DNA from: Candidatus Bathyarchaeota archaeon
GTDB taxonomy: Archaea; Thermoproteota; Bathyarchaeia; Bathyarchaeales; Bathycorpusculaceae
Reading direction: 5' to 3'
Assembly: GCA_963782525.1 (NCBI GenBank)
Contig: CAWAKC010000003.1
Coordinates: 224,001 to 288,000 of the forward strand
DNA: 64,000 bases
Shown: piece after piece, positions 52,407 to 63,145 of the stretch
Layout of the letters: each line of letters opens with the position of its first letter
Position numbering within the stretch: position 1 is the stretch's first letter
Made by a program: the position numbers and the translations under genes
Notes under the pieces: model-generated
What the model saw: only the letters and a program-made list of their open reading frames with translations
The model's database searches: none
What the model was told of the DNA's origin: nothing

Positions 52407-53180
52407 ATGACAGTTTTAAAAAGTTTCGAATCATCAGTAGACTTTGTAGACAGGAGTAAGGATTTGAAGTTTCAATATCCGATTAACGAAAAACACAATC
52501 CGATGTTTAGCTCAACTCATGTAATCGTTGCAGCTTTAAATGAAGAAGCCGGAATTGGACTTACAATAGCAGAGCTTAAAGATAATCTTGATTCGCCTCA
52601 CATTTTAGTTGTTGATGGCCATAGCAGCGACAGGACCGTGGAGATTGCGAAAAATCTTGGTGCGGATATTGCCTTCCAAGACGGAGTTGGCAAAGGAGAT
52701 GCTATCGTGAAAGCGCTGAAACTTACAGACGCCGATGCAGATTATGTTGTGCTAACGGATGCTGATTTCACTTACCCTGCTAAGCATGTTCCTGAGATGA
52801 TTAAAATTCTTGAGGAGAATCCAGAGGTGGGTATGGTTTGTGGTAACCGATTTAACTCTCAATTAGACAACAAAGCGTTGATCAACCGATTCTATTTGGG
52901 AAACAAGCTCCTTGCGTTCAGCCATAATATTCTAAACGGCGTAACCCTTCATGATCCATTAACGGGTTTGCGTGTCATTCGAGCAGAAATACTTAGGAAC
53001 TTGAAGTTGAAATCGAATGGCTTTGACATCGAAGTAGAACTAAATAGTATAGTTCAGAAGAGAGGCTACAAAACAATTGAAGTCCCTATACAGTACCGCC
53101 AGAGGCTAGGTGAGAAAAAACTTAAAATGAAGCATGGAGCAACGATATTAAAAAGAATAATGACTGAGATGGAATTCTAA
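52407..53180 (+). CDS. GT2 glycosyltransferase (dolichol-phosphate mannosyltransferase-like)
   Basis: ALNEE, VVDGHSSDRT, GKGDA, DADFTYP, D..TGLR, GFDIEVEL. Confidence 0.92.
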   Translation: MTVLKSFESSVDFVDRSKDLKFQYPINEKHNPMFSSTHVIVAALNEEAGIGLTIAELKDNLDSPHILVVDGHSSDRTVEIAKNLGADIAFQDGVGKGDAIVKALKLTDADADYVVLTDADFTYPAKHVPEMIKILEENPEVGMVCGNRFNSQLDNKALINRFYLGNKLLAFSHNILNGVTLHDPLTGLRVIRAEILRNLKLKSNGFDIEVELNSIVQKRGYKTIEVPIQYRQRLGEKKLKMKHGATILKRIMTEMEF

Positions 53181-53474
53181 TTTCAAAAATCTGTATAGCA
53201 GTTTGCTGAATTAATTTTTAGTCATATTTTTACTTGTATCTTGTTTTGTTTTTCTTAAAGTGAAGAATCTATTTTGAGCTAGAGCATAAATGGGTATTTG
53301 AACGAGTATTTCGCTGGTTGATTGTAGTTACAAGAGTGGCTTGTTTTTTGCTTTTTCTCTTTTTTGTAGAACTACATTTTTTGTTTGGTTTCCGCAGATA
53401 ATACACACACGATATAATCTCAAACCTCCTTTATGCCGATTATCAGTAGCTTTCCTACAGAGAAGAATGTTTGC

Positions 53475-53801
53475 TTACGATAATACGAAGCCTATGACAA
53501 AACCAACGATTAGTCCTAAACCAAGTGGTAGTATACCCATGAGAAGTACTCCATATTGAACTGCAATAGGACCATACGTATCAGCAACACCTTTCAAGGC
53601 ACCAAGACTTAAACCGAAAAACCCAAAGTAAGCAACTATGACCAGTATAATGGCCGCTATAATAGCGATCTTTAACATTTTGTGAACTAGATAGCCCACG
53701 ACTAGTCCGATGACAAATGGAATAATCATCAAAACTAATGGTGGAATACCGCCGATGCTTCCAGAGGTGATAAAATTAATAACTTGATCTAACGCACCCA
53801 A
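53475..53801 (-). CDS. FUN14-like Gly-rich membrane protein
   Basis: FVIGLVVGYLVHKMLKIAII..AYFGF..LP..LG...GF.IG. Confidence 0.65.
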   Translation of the reverse strand: MGALDQVINFITSGSIGGIPPLVLMIIPFVIGLVVGYLVHKMLKIAIIAAIILVIVAYFGFFGLSLGALKGVADTYGPIAVQYGVLLMGILPLGLGLIVGFVIGFVLS

Positions 53802-53853
53802 AAATCAGCAACTCCAAACAAGTAAGGGATGACTACAGCGACTATTAAACACA

Positions 53854-53877
53854 CGTTGTTGCAATCACACAGTCACA
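53854..53877. promoter_or_regulatory. Palindrome site shared by divergent promoters
   Basis: CGTTGTTG-caatcaca-CAGTCACA with TATA-like boxes on both sides (tttaatag on minus; cttaaaat on plus). Confidence 0.82.
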
Positions 53878-54006
53878 ATCTTAAAATAGCTACTAAGCTA
53901 AACTAAATATAAGAATCTTGAAACACTTTTACTCAGCCAGCATGTGTGAATAACATGATTTTTAAGGTTCGGTAAATCTGTTTTCTGGAAGAGGCGTAAT
54001 TATTAG

Positions 54007-54366
54007 ATGTCAGAAAAAATTTCAGTGAGGGAAATAATTGGAGCAATTCTAAGTGAGATAAAAGCCATCCTCAAAGAATACATGAATGAAACAGAGGCTG
54101 CTGTAAAGAAACGCCTCAAAAAACTTATAATCATAAGCATAATTAGCAGTGTTTTGATGGCGCTGGGAATTTCATTTATTGGTTCAGCTTCCTTGTTCAT
54201 ACTTATCGGTTCGTTCAAGTACCTCAGCACTTCTATGCCGGCGTGGGAGGCATTGTACATCATGGGCATCACTTCAGGCATCATAGCAGGTGTGCTCTTT
54301 TTTGGACTTTTCATCATCATACGAAATCAATTGAGATCTCCCGAAAAACCTGATAAGCAAAATTAA
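54007..54366 (+). CDS. YqjE/DUF1469 holin-superfamily-like membrane protein
   Basis: Charged N-terminal helix then two TMs with PAW.A. Confidence 0.6.
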   Translation: MSEKISVREIIGAILSEIKAILKEYMNETEAAVKKRLKKLIIISIISSVLMALGISFIGSASLFILIGSFKYLSTSMPAWEALYIMGITSGIIAGVLFFGLFIIIRNQLRSPEKPDKQN

Positions 54367-54524
54367 TCCTTGAGCTTTTTCATACAAATGGTTGCATGAA
54401 ATCTCACATTTAAAACTGGGTTCAAATCCAAGTTGAATGTACGAAAAATTATGTGTTAACTCGAAATGCCCACTGCATGTACGCACCAATGTCTTTTGAA
54501 CCCACCAAGGCATAGCTTGCAGTT

Positions 54525-55445
54525 CTATACGATAAGTGGCTCTTTCTTGCTGTCTACAGAAAAACCTCTTGTAGAAAATCTCAGAACCCCCAACGAGACC
54601 AAAACAACAACGACTATTCCAACAGCAATGTATGGCAATATGCTTAGTGTATTGGATACAGCAGTTGGATTCATTATCCCCCCAAGAACTATTGCAAAAA
54701 TAATAATTCCAATTGACAAGACAAAAGAAAACTTGTAGGGTCTATCTGTCTTAGTCTTAACAAGTTTTTTCCTGTCAAGTTCGCCGACAAAAAAATTCAA
54801 GAAAATTCCTATTGACGCTATCAGCAATGGAAGGATAAGTGAAAGAGTTATGTTTTGTAAGCGTAAATCGATGAACTGCCGCAAGCCAAGAACGGAAAAA
54901 AGAAGCAGTAGGAAAAAAAGAGCTATAGATCCGAAAAATATGCTTCTGTCAAGAAACTTTCCTGAGAGAGCGGGACCGTAAGTTCGTCTATTGGGCACTG
55001 GAGTTTCTCCTGGTTTAATATCTTTTGTAGTTCTTCGTGTTAGTCCGGGCAGGTCATTTGAAAGAAAATAGATTTTATGTTTTGGGTCAAGAGGTAATTT
55101 ATTTCCGTTCGAATCATATACTGCTTTGGTCACCATTCTTGAAAAGGGGTATAGCCACTCGACGCCTCGGTCCCTTGTTGTTGTGAATGAATCTAGAAAT
55201 GAATGTAGAAAGACTCCGATGCCAAAAAACGGGTTTATCAAATACACTATTCCGATAAACAAGAAATTGTGAAATAATGCGCGATGTATTTGTCGGCGTC
55301 GAAAGGACTCTTTGCTAAAAAAACCGTATTCTCGATCAAGATCATTAATTGCAGAGCCGATTCCAACCATTAGCGCTATTTCTGGTCTTCCAAACAACAA
55401 AGCTCCAACAATTATGCCAAACACTATGTGAGTAGAAAGATTCAT
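54525..55445 (-). CDS. Membrane metal-dependent hydrolase (YdjM/DUF457-like)
   Basis: STHIVFG, NDLD, HRALFHN, HSFLDSFT..GVEWLYPF. Confidence 0.85.
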   Translation of the reverse strand: MNLSTHIVFGIIVGALLFGRPEIALMVGIGSAINDLDREYGFFSKESFRRRQIHRALFHNFLFIGIVYLINPFFGIGVFLHSFLDSFTTTRDRGVEWLYPFSRMVTKAVYDSNGNKLPLDPKHKIYFLSNDLPGLTRRTTKDIKPGETPVPNRRTYGPALSGKFLDRSIFFGSIALFFLLLLFSVLGLRQFIDLRLQNITLSLILPLLIASIGIFLNFFVGELDRKKLVKTKTDRPYKFSFVLSIGIIIFAIVLGGIMNPTAVSNTLSILPYIAVGIVVVVLVSLGVLRFSTRGFSVDSKKEPLIV

Positions 55446-55593
55446 GAGAACAACCGTCGAATTCTGACTGACCAATTAATACTGGGTAATTTTAAGAATA
55501 TAAAGGTAATTAGCCTCGGAACCTCACTTTTTCTTAGCCAATTCTAGCCCAGAATCCTATAACGGTTACAGTAGGCTTGACAGGAGGATTTAC

Positions 55594-55761
55594 TTAATTT
55601 TGAACTATTCCAATAATGATTATTATGATTCCAAATGTTGTCCTTATCGCTCTAATTAGTTGTTCAGGAAAACTCTGCTTTGAATATTTAATTATGCTCA
55701 AAACTCCATCTATGATTAGCCAAAGACCTAAACCAACCAGAACCGTAGAGAGAGCATTCAA
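55594..55761 (-). CDS. Small two-TM protein, 55 aa; missed by the ORF track
   Basis: MNALSTVLVGLGLWLIIDGVLSIIKYSKQSFPEQLIRAIR...; AAGGTGA RBS. Confidence 0.55.
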   Translation of the reverse strand: MNALSTVLVGLGLWLIIDGVLSIIKYSKQSFPEQLIRAIRTTFGIIIIIIGIVQN

Positions 55762-56117
55762 TAACCTTCACCTTCTCAACTTATTCTTTTAAGGCAACAT
55801 TCTCTCAATAAGATAATTCTCAATTAAGTTAATCCTTTCGGATTCTCCAAAGATTAAAAGGAACATCAGTTCGGACATTGGCGATTAAAGATTTAGCTGC
55901 TAAACCTGGTTTCTAATTTAACTTAGGGCTAACCTTTTTATTCGCGGTCACCTAAAAGGTATTATAGAATTTTTGTTTGCAGCATAAACTAAGTCCTAAT
56001 GAAAAACAGAATTCCGTTCTGGTCAAAAATGACTGAAAACTACGATATACAGGCATTATGTTGCCTTCAAACAGTTCTAAATCCCTTATTTATTGGATAA
56101 GGGAGGTGAATTCATAT

Positions 56118-56438
56118 ATGGCAGACTCGTCAATTTCTCGAATAGCATACATTTTAGCCCTTATAGGTGGAATACTGCTAGTAATCTTTGGATTATTGGA
56201 TCTGATTGGTTTCACCGGATTGGCAATAGTCCATTTTAGTTTCTATGCTTTTACTTATGCGGGGATTGTTTCTCTAATTTGCGGAGTTATTGCAATCATC
56301 GGTGCCAGAAGCGCAAGTACTCTCGTCTGGGCAATCGTACTCATAATAGTAGGAATCATTGGCGGAGGACTAGGCGGACTATTAGTTGTTTTGGGAGGAT
56401 TACTTGGACTAATCGTAGTGATAACCAAAAGGACATAG
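56118..56438 (+). CDS. Gly-rich membrane protein
   Basis: GGAGGTGA RBS; multiple TM helices. Confidence 0.75.
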   Translation: MADSSISRIAYILALIGGILLVIFGLLDLIGFTGLAIVHFSFYAFTYAGIVSLICGVIAIIGARSASTLVWAIVLIIVGIIGGGLGGLLVVLGGLLGLIVVITKRT

Positions 56439-56565
56439 GTATGCTCTAATACATCATGAATTTTTTATAATCCCTTTTTAGTTTGTGTGAGTCAAGTTAG
56501 CGAAATCGAGTTTTGACAAAAAAACAAGCCAATCCGTTGAGTCTTGTTAGAAATCAGGGGAAAAA

Positions 56566-57537
56566 ATGAACGAAATAATAAACCAGCCTTCTATAAAAGA
56601 AGAGGACCTAACGGTAAATAATGAAAAAAAGCAAATGCGATCAGAAGGCGAAATTAGGAAGGCGATAAAAGATTCCAAGGTTCTTTATCTTAGTTTGAGT
56701 GGTGGCTGGGGACAGACAAGACATTGGATAAAACAATGGGAGAAAAATAACGGCAAAAAGATAGATGAAGCCGCTGATTGGCACGACTCCGGATACATAT
56801 GTCCTTATTGCGCAGAAATAATTGCGGAATTTGATTTGCCTCCGCCGATTTCGACTACAATTTACAAATGTTGCAACAATCATAGATTTTCTCACAAAAT
56901 GATGACCGTAAAAGAAAAACAAATGCTGAAGGATGAAGAAAAACAAGATATATTATATGAAGCCCGCGCTGCAAAAAAAGCTGAGCAAGAACAGGTAGGC
57001 AAAAAGTTTGTTGAAAATGTCAAGTACGCTTTCCGCATGGTTAGAAGGACACCCTACATAGACGCTACGATCATAAAACGTGAATATCAGGAGCATCGAG
57101 AGTTCTATCACCAAAAAATGAACAGCGCATTCAAAAGTAGAACAAACAACATTTCGATTGGAGCTTTCGATAGCCTATTTAGTGCAGTTGACTTCAGCGA
57201 TACATCAACTCTTTGGGAAAGAAAAGCAGGACTTGCCAAGAGTATAAATGACAATAAGATTGATGTTATGGGAGCATTAATTGGGGCAATGTCAGCGTAT
57301 ATCGGTTCTCTTGGGGTACTTTTTCCAATTATACTCTTAGTTATTACTGAAGGAATTGCAGCTTTTGGCAATTATCTTGTGTATGGGTTCTTTGCAATCA
57401 TGTTCTTCGGATTCTACGAAGGCTACTTTAACCAAAACAGACTCAAAAGATTGGTAAAGGAACATAAAGACTACACAAGTGAATTTGATGAAATCACAGA
57501 CTTGATTGAAAGGAAAAAGGATTTACGAATCCGATAA
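56566..57537 (+). CDS. Hypothetical protein with zinc ribbon and C-terminal TM hairpin
   Basis: CPYC..YKCCNNHRF; two TMs near the C-terminus. Confidence 0.7.
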   Translation: MNEIINQPSIKEEDLTVNNEKKQMRSEGEIRKAIKDSKVLYLSLSGGWGQTRHWIKQWEKNNGKKIDEAADWHDSGYICPYCAEIIAEFDLPPPISTTIYKCCNNHRFSHKMMTVKEKQMLKDEEKQDILYEARAAKKAEQEQVGKKFVENVKYAFRMVRRTPYIDATIIKREYQEHREFYHQKMNSAFKSRTNNISIGAFDSLFSAVDFSDTSTLWERKAGLAKSINDNKIDVMGALIGAMSAYIGSLGVLFPIILLVITEGIAAFGNYLVYGFFAIMFFGFYEGYFNQNRLKRLVKEHKDYTSEFDEITDLIERKKDLRIR

Positions 57538-57655
57538 TTTTCCTGATTTTCAAAATTTAGTCCCTCATCTAATGAGTTTATTCTGTTCACTTGAGGTTAA
57601 AAACCAACAAACCCAGCCCCAGCATTTCACTTAGCATCATTTTACGAGGGAGGTT

Positions 57656-60187
57656 TTAGAATTTCACCCGCTTGTAGAAAATTTCTTTCACCACTTCGCC
57701 CAAGATTATGTAGAATACAACAATTATTGCCATCAAAACAAGAACCAAGAGCGACGGTTGGGCAAAACCAAATAGTTTTCCAAGTGGAGTGAAGGGGAAA
57801 ATAAGAGTGGCCACAACAATCGTTATGGTGGTTAAAAGCAAATACTTCCCAGGATAACTTTTGAAGAATGGTCTTCTGCTCCGAATAACGAGTACAATTA
57901 GACTTGCGGAAAGGACCGATTCTATGAACCATCCGGTCCTAAATAGCTCCTTAGGACTTTGCAGAATAAAAATCAGCACGCCAAATGCAATATAATCAAA
58001 AACTGAACTTAGGACGCCGAAAACTATCATGAAATTGCGGATGAATTTGACGTTCCAGCGCCGGGGTTGTTCAACCATTTCACTGTCTACGTTGTCTGTG
58101 CCTATGGTTGTCTCTGGGAAATCTGTCATTAGATTGGTAAGTAAAATCTGCCTAGGCAAAAGAGGCAGAAATGACAAAAAGAGCGATGCGCCTGCCATGC
58201 TGAACATGTTTCCGAAATTTGCGCTTGTTGCCATAAACACGTACTTTAATGTGTTGGCAAATGTTTTTCTTCCTTCCTTTACTCCATTAGCCAGAACAGC
58301 TAAGTCTTTTTCAAGCAAAACAATATCGGCGGCTTCTTTGGCAACATCCACTGCGCTGTCAACCGATAGACCAACATCAGCGGCGTGAAGGGCAGAAGCA
58401 TCGTTGATTCCATCACCCATGTAGCCAACCACGTTTCCTGCTTTCTTGAGTGCAAGAATGATGCGTTCCTTCTGGTTTGGCTCGACCTCTGCGAAAACAT
58501 TTACTTCATTTACTTGACGAAGCAGCGCCTCATCACTTAAGATGCGGAGATCTGGACCTGCAAGAATTTTTGGCGTTGGAAACCCTACTTGTTGACTGAT
58601 GCTGGCTGCAACCAATCGGTTGTCTCCAGTTACAATTTTTAGGGAAATTCCTAACTGTTTTAACTCTTTGACAGTTTCGGCGATTTTTGGCTTGGCAGGA
58701 TCAAATAGAACAAGGAACCCTCAGAAAGTCATGCCTGCTTCACTGTCTTTGGCGATAACTTTGTCGGAGCCGATGTCTTTGTAGGCTATCCCCAGAACGC
58801 GAAAACCTTTACTACTTAGTTCTCCAAAACGTTGTTCAATCTGGTTTTGAACCCCAGCTATCGGGACAATCGTCGCTTCGGAAGTTTTAACCAAGGTGCA
58901 TACGTCAAGCACATTTTGAAGAGCACCTTTGGTGACCATCAAATTCTTGTTGTCTTTTGTCACTAAAATGCTTAGACGCTTTCGAATAAAATCGTACGGC
59001 ACCTCATCCAGCTTCATATACCCAGAAGCATCGACCTGAGCACCACAAATAGCATCATCAATCGGATTTGTAAAACCTGTCTGATTAGAAGCATTAAGAA
59101 ACGCGTAAAGTTGCGCTTTTGGGCTTGGGTTCCCGTTAAAGTCAACTATAGACTGTATTTTTATGATGCCTTCTGTGAGGGTTCCTGTTTTGTCGGAGCA
59201 GAGTACGTTCATGCTGCCGAAGTTCTCGATGGATGCAAGCCGTTTAACAATCACCTTCTGGGTTGCCATGATCTTGGCGCCGTGAGCTAAGTTAATGCTG
59301 ATAATTGCTGGCAATAGTTGAGGGGTTAGTCCAACGGCGAGCGCTAAGGAAAAGAGAAGAGAATCTAGCACAGAACGGGCAAAATACACATTTATAGCTA
59401 AAGTAACGACCACAAGCACCAACGTTACTTCCATGAGGAGATAGCCGAAATGCCGGACTCCAAGTTCAAACTCTGTTTCAGGCGGTCTGAGTTTTAGTCG
59501 TGCAGAGACTTTGCCGAACTCTGTTTGTAACCCAGTTCCTACAATAACTGCTTGGGCGTCACCACTAACCACGTTGGTTCCCATGAAAAGACTGTTTGTC
59601 CGCTGACTAAGACCCGTTGCTTGAGGCAGAACGCCAGCAGTTTTTTCAGCAGGAAAAGTTTCGCCAGTTAAGGATGATTCGTTAACGAAGAGATCCTTTG
59701 ATTCAAGAATTATTGAATCTCCAGGAATCAAATCCCCAGCATTGAGGTGAATGACATCGCCCGGCACAATTTCCTCAACAGGTATTTCCTTTTGGTTTCC
59801 ATCGCGAAATACACTTGCTTTGGTCTGAACGATGGCCAGCAGTTTATCGACAGCGTTTGCAGCACCCCTCTCCTGCCAAAATCCGAGAAGACTGCTTATG
59901 AGGATAATCGTCAGGATAATGGCAGAATTCACGGAATCGCCTAGGAAGAATGACAGAGCGCCTGCAAAGATGAGGATGAGTATAAGTGGACTTTTAAATT
60001 GAGTTAACAAGAGTGTTAGCGTGTCTGATCTTTTCTTGGGCTTAAGAAGGTTGGAACCGTATTTTGTGAGCCTTTTTTGAGCTTCATCTTGAGTCAAGCC
60101 TTTTGAGGTCGTCTGCAGTTGCTGAAGAAGCTCAGAAGTAGGAACACTCCAAAATGAAGATTGATTCTGGCTATCTTGATTACTCAG
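57656..60187 (-). pseudogene. mtgA-like mgtA: Mg2+-importing P-type ATPase with an in-frame TGA at 58721-58723
   Basis: LTGE, VGLTPQLLP, CSDKTGTLTE, PYDFIRKR, TGDN, GDGIND, SANFGNMFS, TGWFIES. Both halves are in the same frame. Confidence 0.9.
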
Positions 60188-60525
60188 AGAAAACGCCTGG
60201 CAGTTAACTGCTATGCCTGAAACGATTAATTGAAAGCTAGTCTATAAACCGTTTTATTGAAGGTTCAGCGTTGGGCATCTACCAGTGGTTATAACTTATT
60301 TTCAAACATAATTTTCGCTTTACGAAATTAACACGAAAGGATCCAATGAAAACTAAAATGCTCCATCGGAATTTTCCGCAACAGATATATTATTAAAAAC
60401 CCGAGTTAAATTAGGTGTTTTTCAAAATATATTGAAATTACTATTGTTGGGGACATTTGATCATGATAATTCATTAGTTCATTCAATATCTTTTGATAAA
60501 CCCATATTATTAGGGCTGTGATGCT

Positions 60526-61041
60526 TTGGAAAAACGTGTTTTAGATATCGTGGATTCGTTAAGATTAAGAATTATGCGGTTGACTAGGCATAGAGCACGA
60601 GAAATTAACATCGATGTGTTTGCTAATCCCGAGAAGTACTTGCTACGGTTGCCAATAGAAAAAATCGTCGCCGATTCAAAAGTTGATCCGGAAGCCATAG
60701 AGATGTACAAGAAGAAGATCAAAAACGGAGAGAAAATTGCACCCTTAATCGTTGTTAAGCATCCAAAATTTGATGTATACGCAGTTTTAGATGGTCATCA
60801 CCGGTATTACGCTCTTTTAGAATCGGGAAAGAAAGAAGTTGATTGCGCCCTGGCCGGAGATTTCTCTAGCCTAATGTTTTACATGACTGAACAAGGTTAT
60901 TTTCAACCAAAACCGCAAACCAAAGAAGAAAACCAAAAAAAGATTATCCATTTACACGAAAATGTCCAAGATTTTCTTCAGAATTTTCTGAAAGACCCAA
61001 ACAAATTACAAAAACCCAAGAGAGAAAACCAACCAATCTAA
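60526..61041 (+). CDS. ParB/Sulfiredoxin N-terminal domain protein
   Basis: PLIVVK..YAVLDGHHRYYAL. Confidence 0.8.
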   Translation: MEKRVLDIVDSLRLRIMRLTRHRAREINIDVFANPEKYLLRLPIEKIVADSKVDPEAIEMYKKKIKNGEKIAPLIVVKHPKFDVYAVLDGHHRYYALLESGKKEVDCALAGDFSSLMFYMTEQGYFQPKPQTKEENQKKIIHLHENVQDFLQNFLKDPNKLQKPKRENQPI

Positions 61042-61179
61042 TGGTTAGTTCAGAATTTTGAACCCCTAAAAAAAGTTGACTTTGGGAGCAAGCGGAAAAA
61101 AATTGTAATGACGACTATAAGAGTGCTGAGGAAAGAATCATATGAGGGTAAAGCAAAAAGAACTATGGAGAAATGACTT

Positions 61180-61938
61180 TTGGTTGAGCAAGGTATAGAG
61201 AAAGTCGAGAACATGGTTCCGACAAAAAATGCGCCGACTAAAGTCAAAAATGAAAGGCATTCACGCCCCACTCTTCTATCCAATTTTATTCTTGGAAGTC
61301 AGGATGGTCTGGTAAATGTTTTGGGTATTCTTCTGGGCTTGACGGCGGCAACCACTGATGTCCGAATTTTCTTCGTAGCCGCTCTCGCCGCTCTGGGAGC
61401 TGAATCTATATCGATGGGAGCTGTTGCTTACACGTCGACTTCGGCGAGGCGGAGAGTCTATCTAAAAGAAGCCAATAGAGAAACTCAAGAGATGAAAGAT
61501 GTTCCAGAAATTGAAAGAGAAGAAGTACGAGGGATCTTTAGACGTTGGGGTTATGAGGGGAACGATCTTGAAGATTTGACAGAGCATATTGTCAAAAATT
61601 CGAAGGCCATGCTTGATTTGATGATGTCTTACGAACTCGATCTTGCACCGGTTGAAAAGTCTGAAGCTCGTCGAAGCGCCTTTGTTGTCGGTTCTTCCAC
61701 AATATTTGGTTCTTTCATCCCTTTATTGCCATATCTTTTCGTTGGAAAAAATATTCTTCTAGGAACCGAAGCTTCAGTGATTTTCAGCGGTGTTGCTCTT
61801 TTCTGCATCGGGATCTACGAAGCGAAGACTACAGTTGGCTCTCTCTGGAAGAGTGGTTTGCAAATGGCAACAATCGGGTTGACTGCCGGTCTTGCAGGAT
61901 TCTTGATCGGTCACTTCATAGGTGCTTTACCCCTGTAA
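61180..61938 (+). CDS. VIT1/CCC1 iron/manganese transporter
   Basis: ILG.QDGLV, A.SISMGA..Y, E.EEVR, IPLLPY. Confidence 0.9.
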   Translation: MVEQGIEKVENMVPTKNAPTKVKNERHSRPTLLSNFILGSQDGLVNVLGILLGLTAATTDVRIFFVAALAALGAESISMGAVAYTSTSARRRVYLKEANRETQEMKDVPEIEREEVRGIFRRWGYEGNDLEDLTEHIVKNSKAMLDLMMSYELDLAPVEKSEARRSAFVVGSSTIFGSFIPLLPYLFVGKNILLGTEASVIFSGVALFCIGIYEAKTTVGSLWKSGLQMATIGLTAGLAGFLIGHFIGALPL

Positions 61939-62109
61939 ATCCAGAGACTTTGTGGATTTAGTTTTTCAGATTTTTTCGCAGGATTTGTTTGGGCGATGCC
62001 ACCTTCTCCTTCAACAACGACTTTGATTCGTATTCGATACCCTGGCCACGACCGTTTTAAAGTATCTAAAGTCAATGAAATTTTGATCTATTCTTGATTC
62101 ATTATAATT

Positions 62110-62133
62110 TGTGATTGACACACCACAATAACA
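62110..62133. promoter_or_regulatory. Palindrome site (16/16)
   Basis: TGTGATTG-acacacca-CAATAACA; TATA-like attata on both sides. Confidence 0.8.
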
Positions 62134-62205
62134 AGAGATTATATCGACGCTAACTTACTCATGGTAATATAAGACCAATATGACCTGTAACCGGAGATTA
62201 TCTAA

Positions 62206-62610
62206 GTGGCAAAATCAAAATCAGTCATTGCTGTAGCGGCAATCGTAGTTATCATAGTCGCAGCTTTTGCGGTCTACGCAGGTGAAACATACCCCCGAAC
62301 TATAGTGAACACGCAGTTTTCTTTCACAATAGGCGCTGACACAAAGACAACAACGTTTAACCAACCATTCCTAGACGACAAAGTGCAAGTTATAGTGACT
62401 GTCCAAAATGGAGCGGCATTATGGCGAGCCCAAATCCGAAGCGGCGACCAAGTTATCTGGGAACATGCGGCAGCACAAGGAGAGCAGCAAAGCTACAACA
62501 GCGGCGGAATCCAATTGCCCAGCGGGAACTATAATTTCACCTTCGGAACAATCGGCTTCGGTTCACTAGATGCAACTGCGACAGTCACATCTAAAGGCGG
62601 CTTCTGGTAA
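62206..62610 (+). CDS. Membrane-anchored beta-sandwich hypothetical protein
   Basis: N-terminal TM; LPSGNYNFTF. Confidence 0.7.
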   Translation: MAKSKSVIAVAAIVVIIVAAFAVYAGETYPRTIVNTQFSFTIGADTKTTTFNQPFLDDKVQVIVTVQNGAALWRAQIRSGDQVIWEHAAAQGEQQSYNSGGIQLPSGNYNFTFGTIGFGSLDATATVTSKGGFW

Positions 62611-63074
62611 AAAATGAGGTTTTTTGAAAGAAGTCTATTTTTCTTATAATTTCTCTTTCCATAGTTGTGCCAAGGAGTTTTCCATTATCACTCAAATTGC
62701 ACGAAGGGCGTGCAGGTTTGTCAAAAGACTTTTGTAAAATTCAAGACTAACTAATTTCTACTAACAGTTGCAATGGTAATCTCTATAGAAAATTTCTGGA
62801 GGTTTTCTGAATTGGAGCTTCATGCACCCACACAATCAAATTTTCGGGAATCACAGTACACGTACCAATCCTCTTGATTTCGTGCTTTTCTTCAAAGGCG
62901 TAGTTTTTCTGGCAACTCCAGTGTTATTTTTTTTTCATTTGTTCGGGGCGTCAAAATATGAGGAAGAGAGAAAAACCGAGAGTCCTTCGGAGCTATTGTT
63001 AACTCAGATTCGCCAAATTAGAATTTCTTTCTGCGCCTTCTTTGTTTCTCCTTACGGTTTAGTTTGAATAAAAG

Positions 63075-63098
63075 TGTGACTGGCACCATGCAATAACA
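63075..63098. promoter_or_regulatory. Palindrome site (16/16)
   Basis: TGTGACTG-gcaccatg-CAATAACA then aaagtttat. Confidence 0.8.
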
Positions 63099-63145
63099 AA
63101 AGTTTATGGGTTTTGATGGGAGTGGTAGGAAGGCGAAAAAATGTA

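Noticed and set aside
54007-54366. Holin-like gene as evidence of a provirus
   Set aside because: No viral genes nearby; YqjE-like proteins are common cellular stress genes.
60526-61041. ParB-like gene as the partner of the 30-bp repeats
   Set aside because: 40 kb away, no HTH and no parA; looks like a stand-alone ParB/Srx enzyme.
61986-61999. 14-bp match (tgtttgggcgatgc) to the repeat core
   Set aside because: Lacks the conserved TTTTGTATAC half and is far from the cluster.
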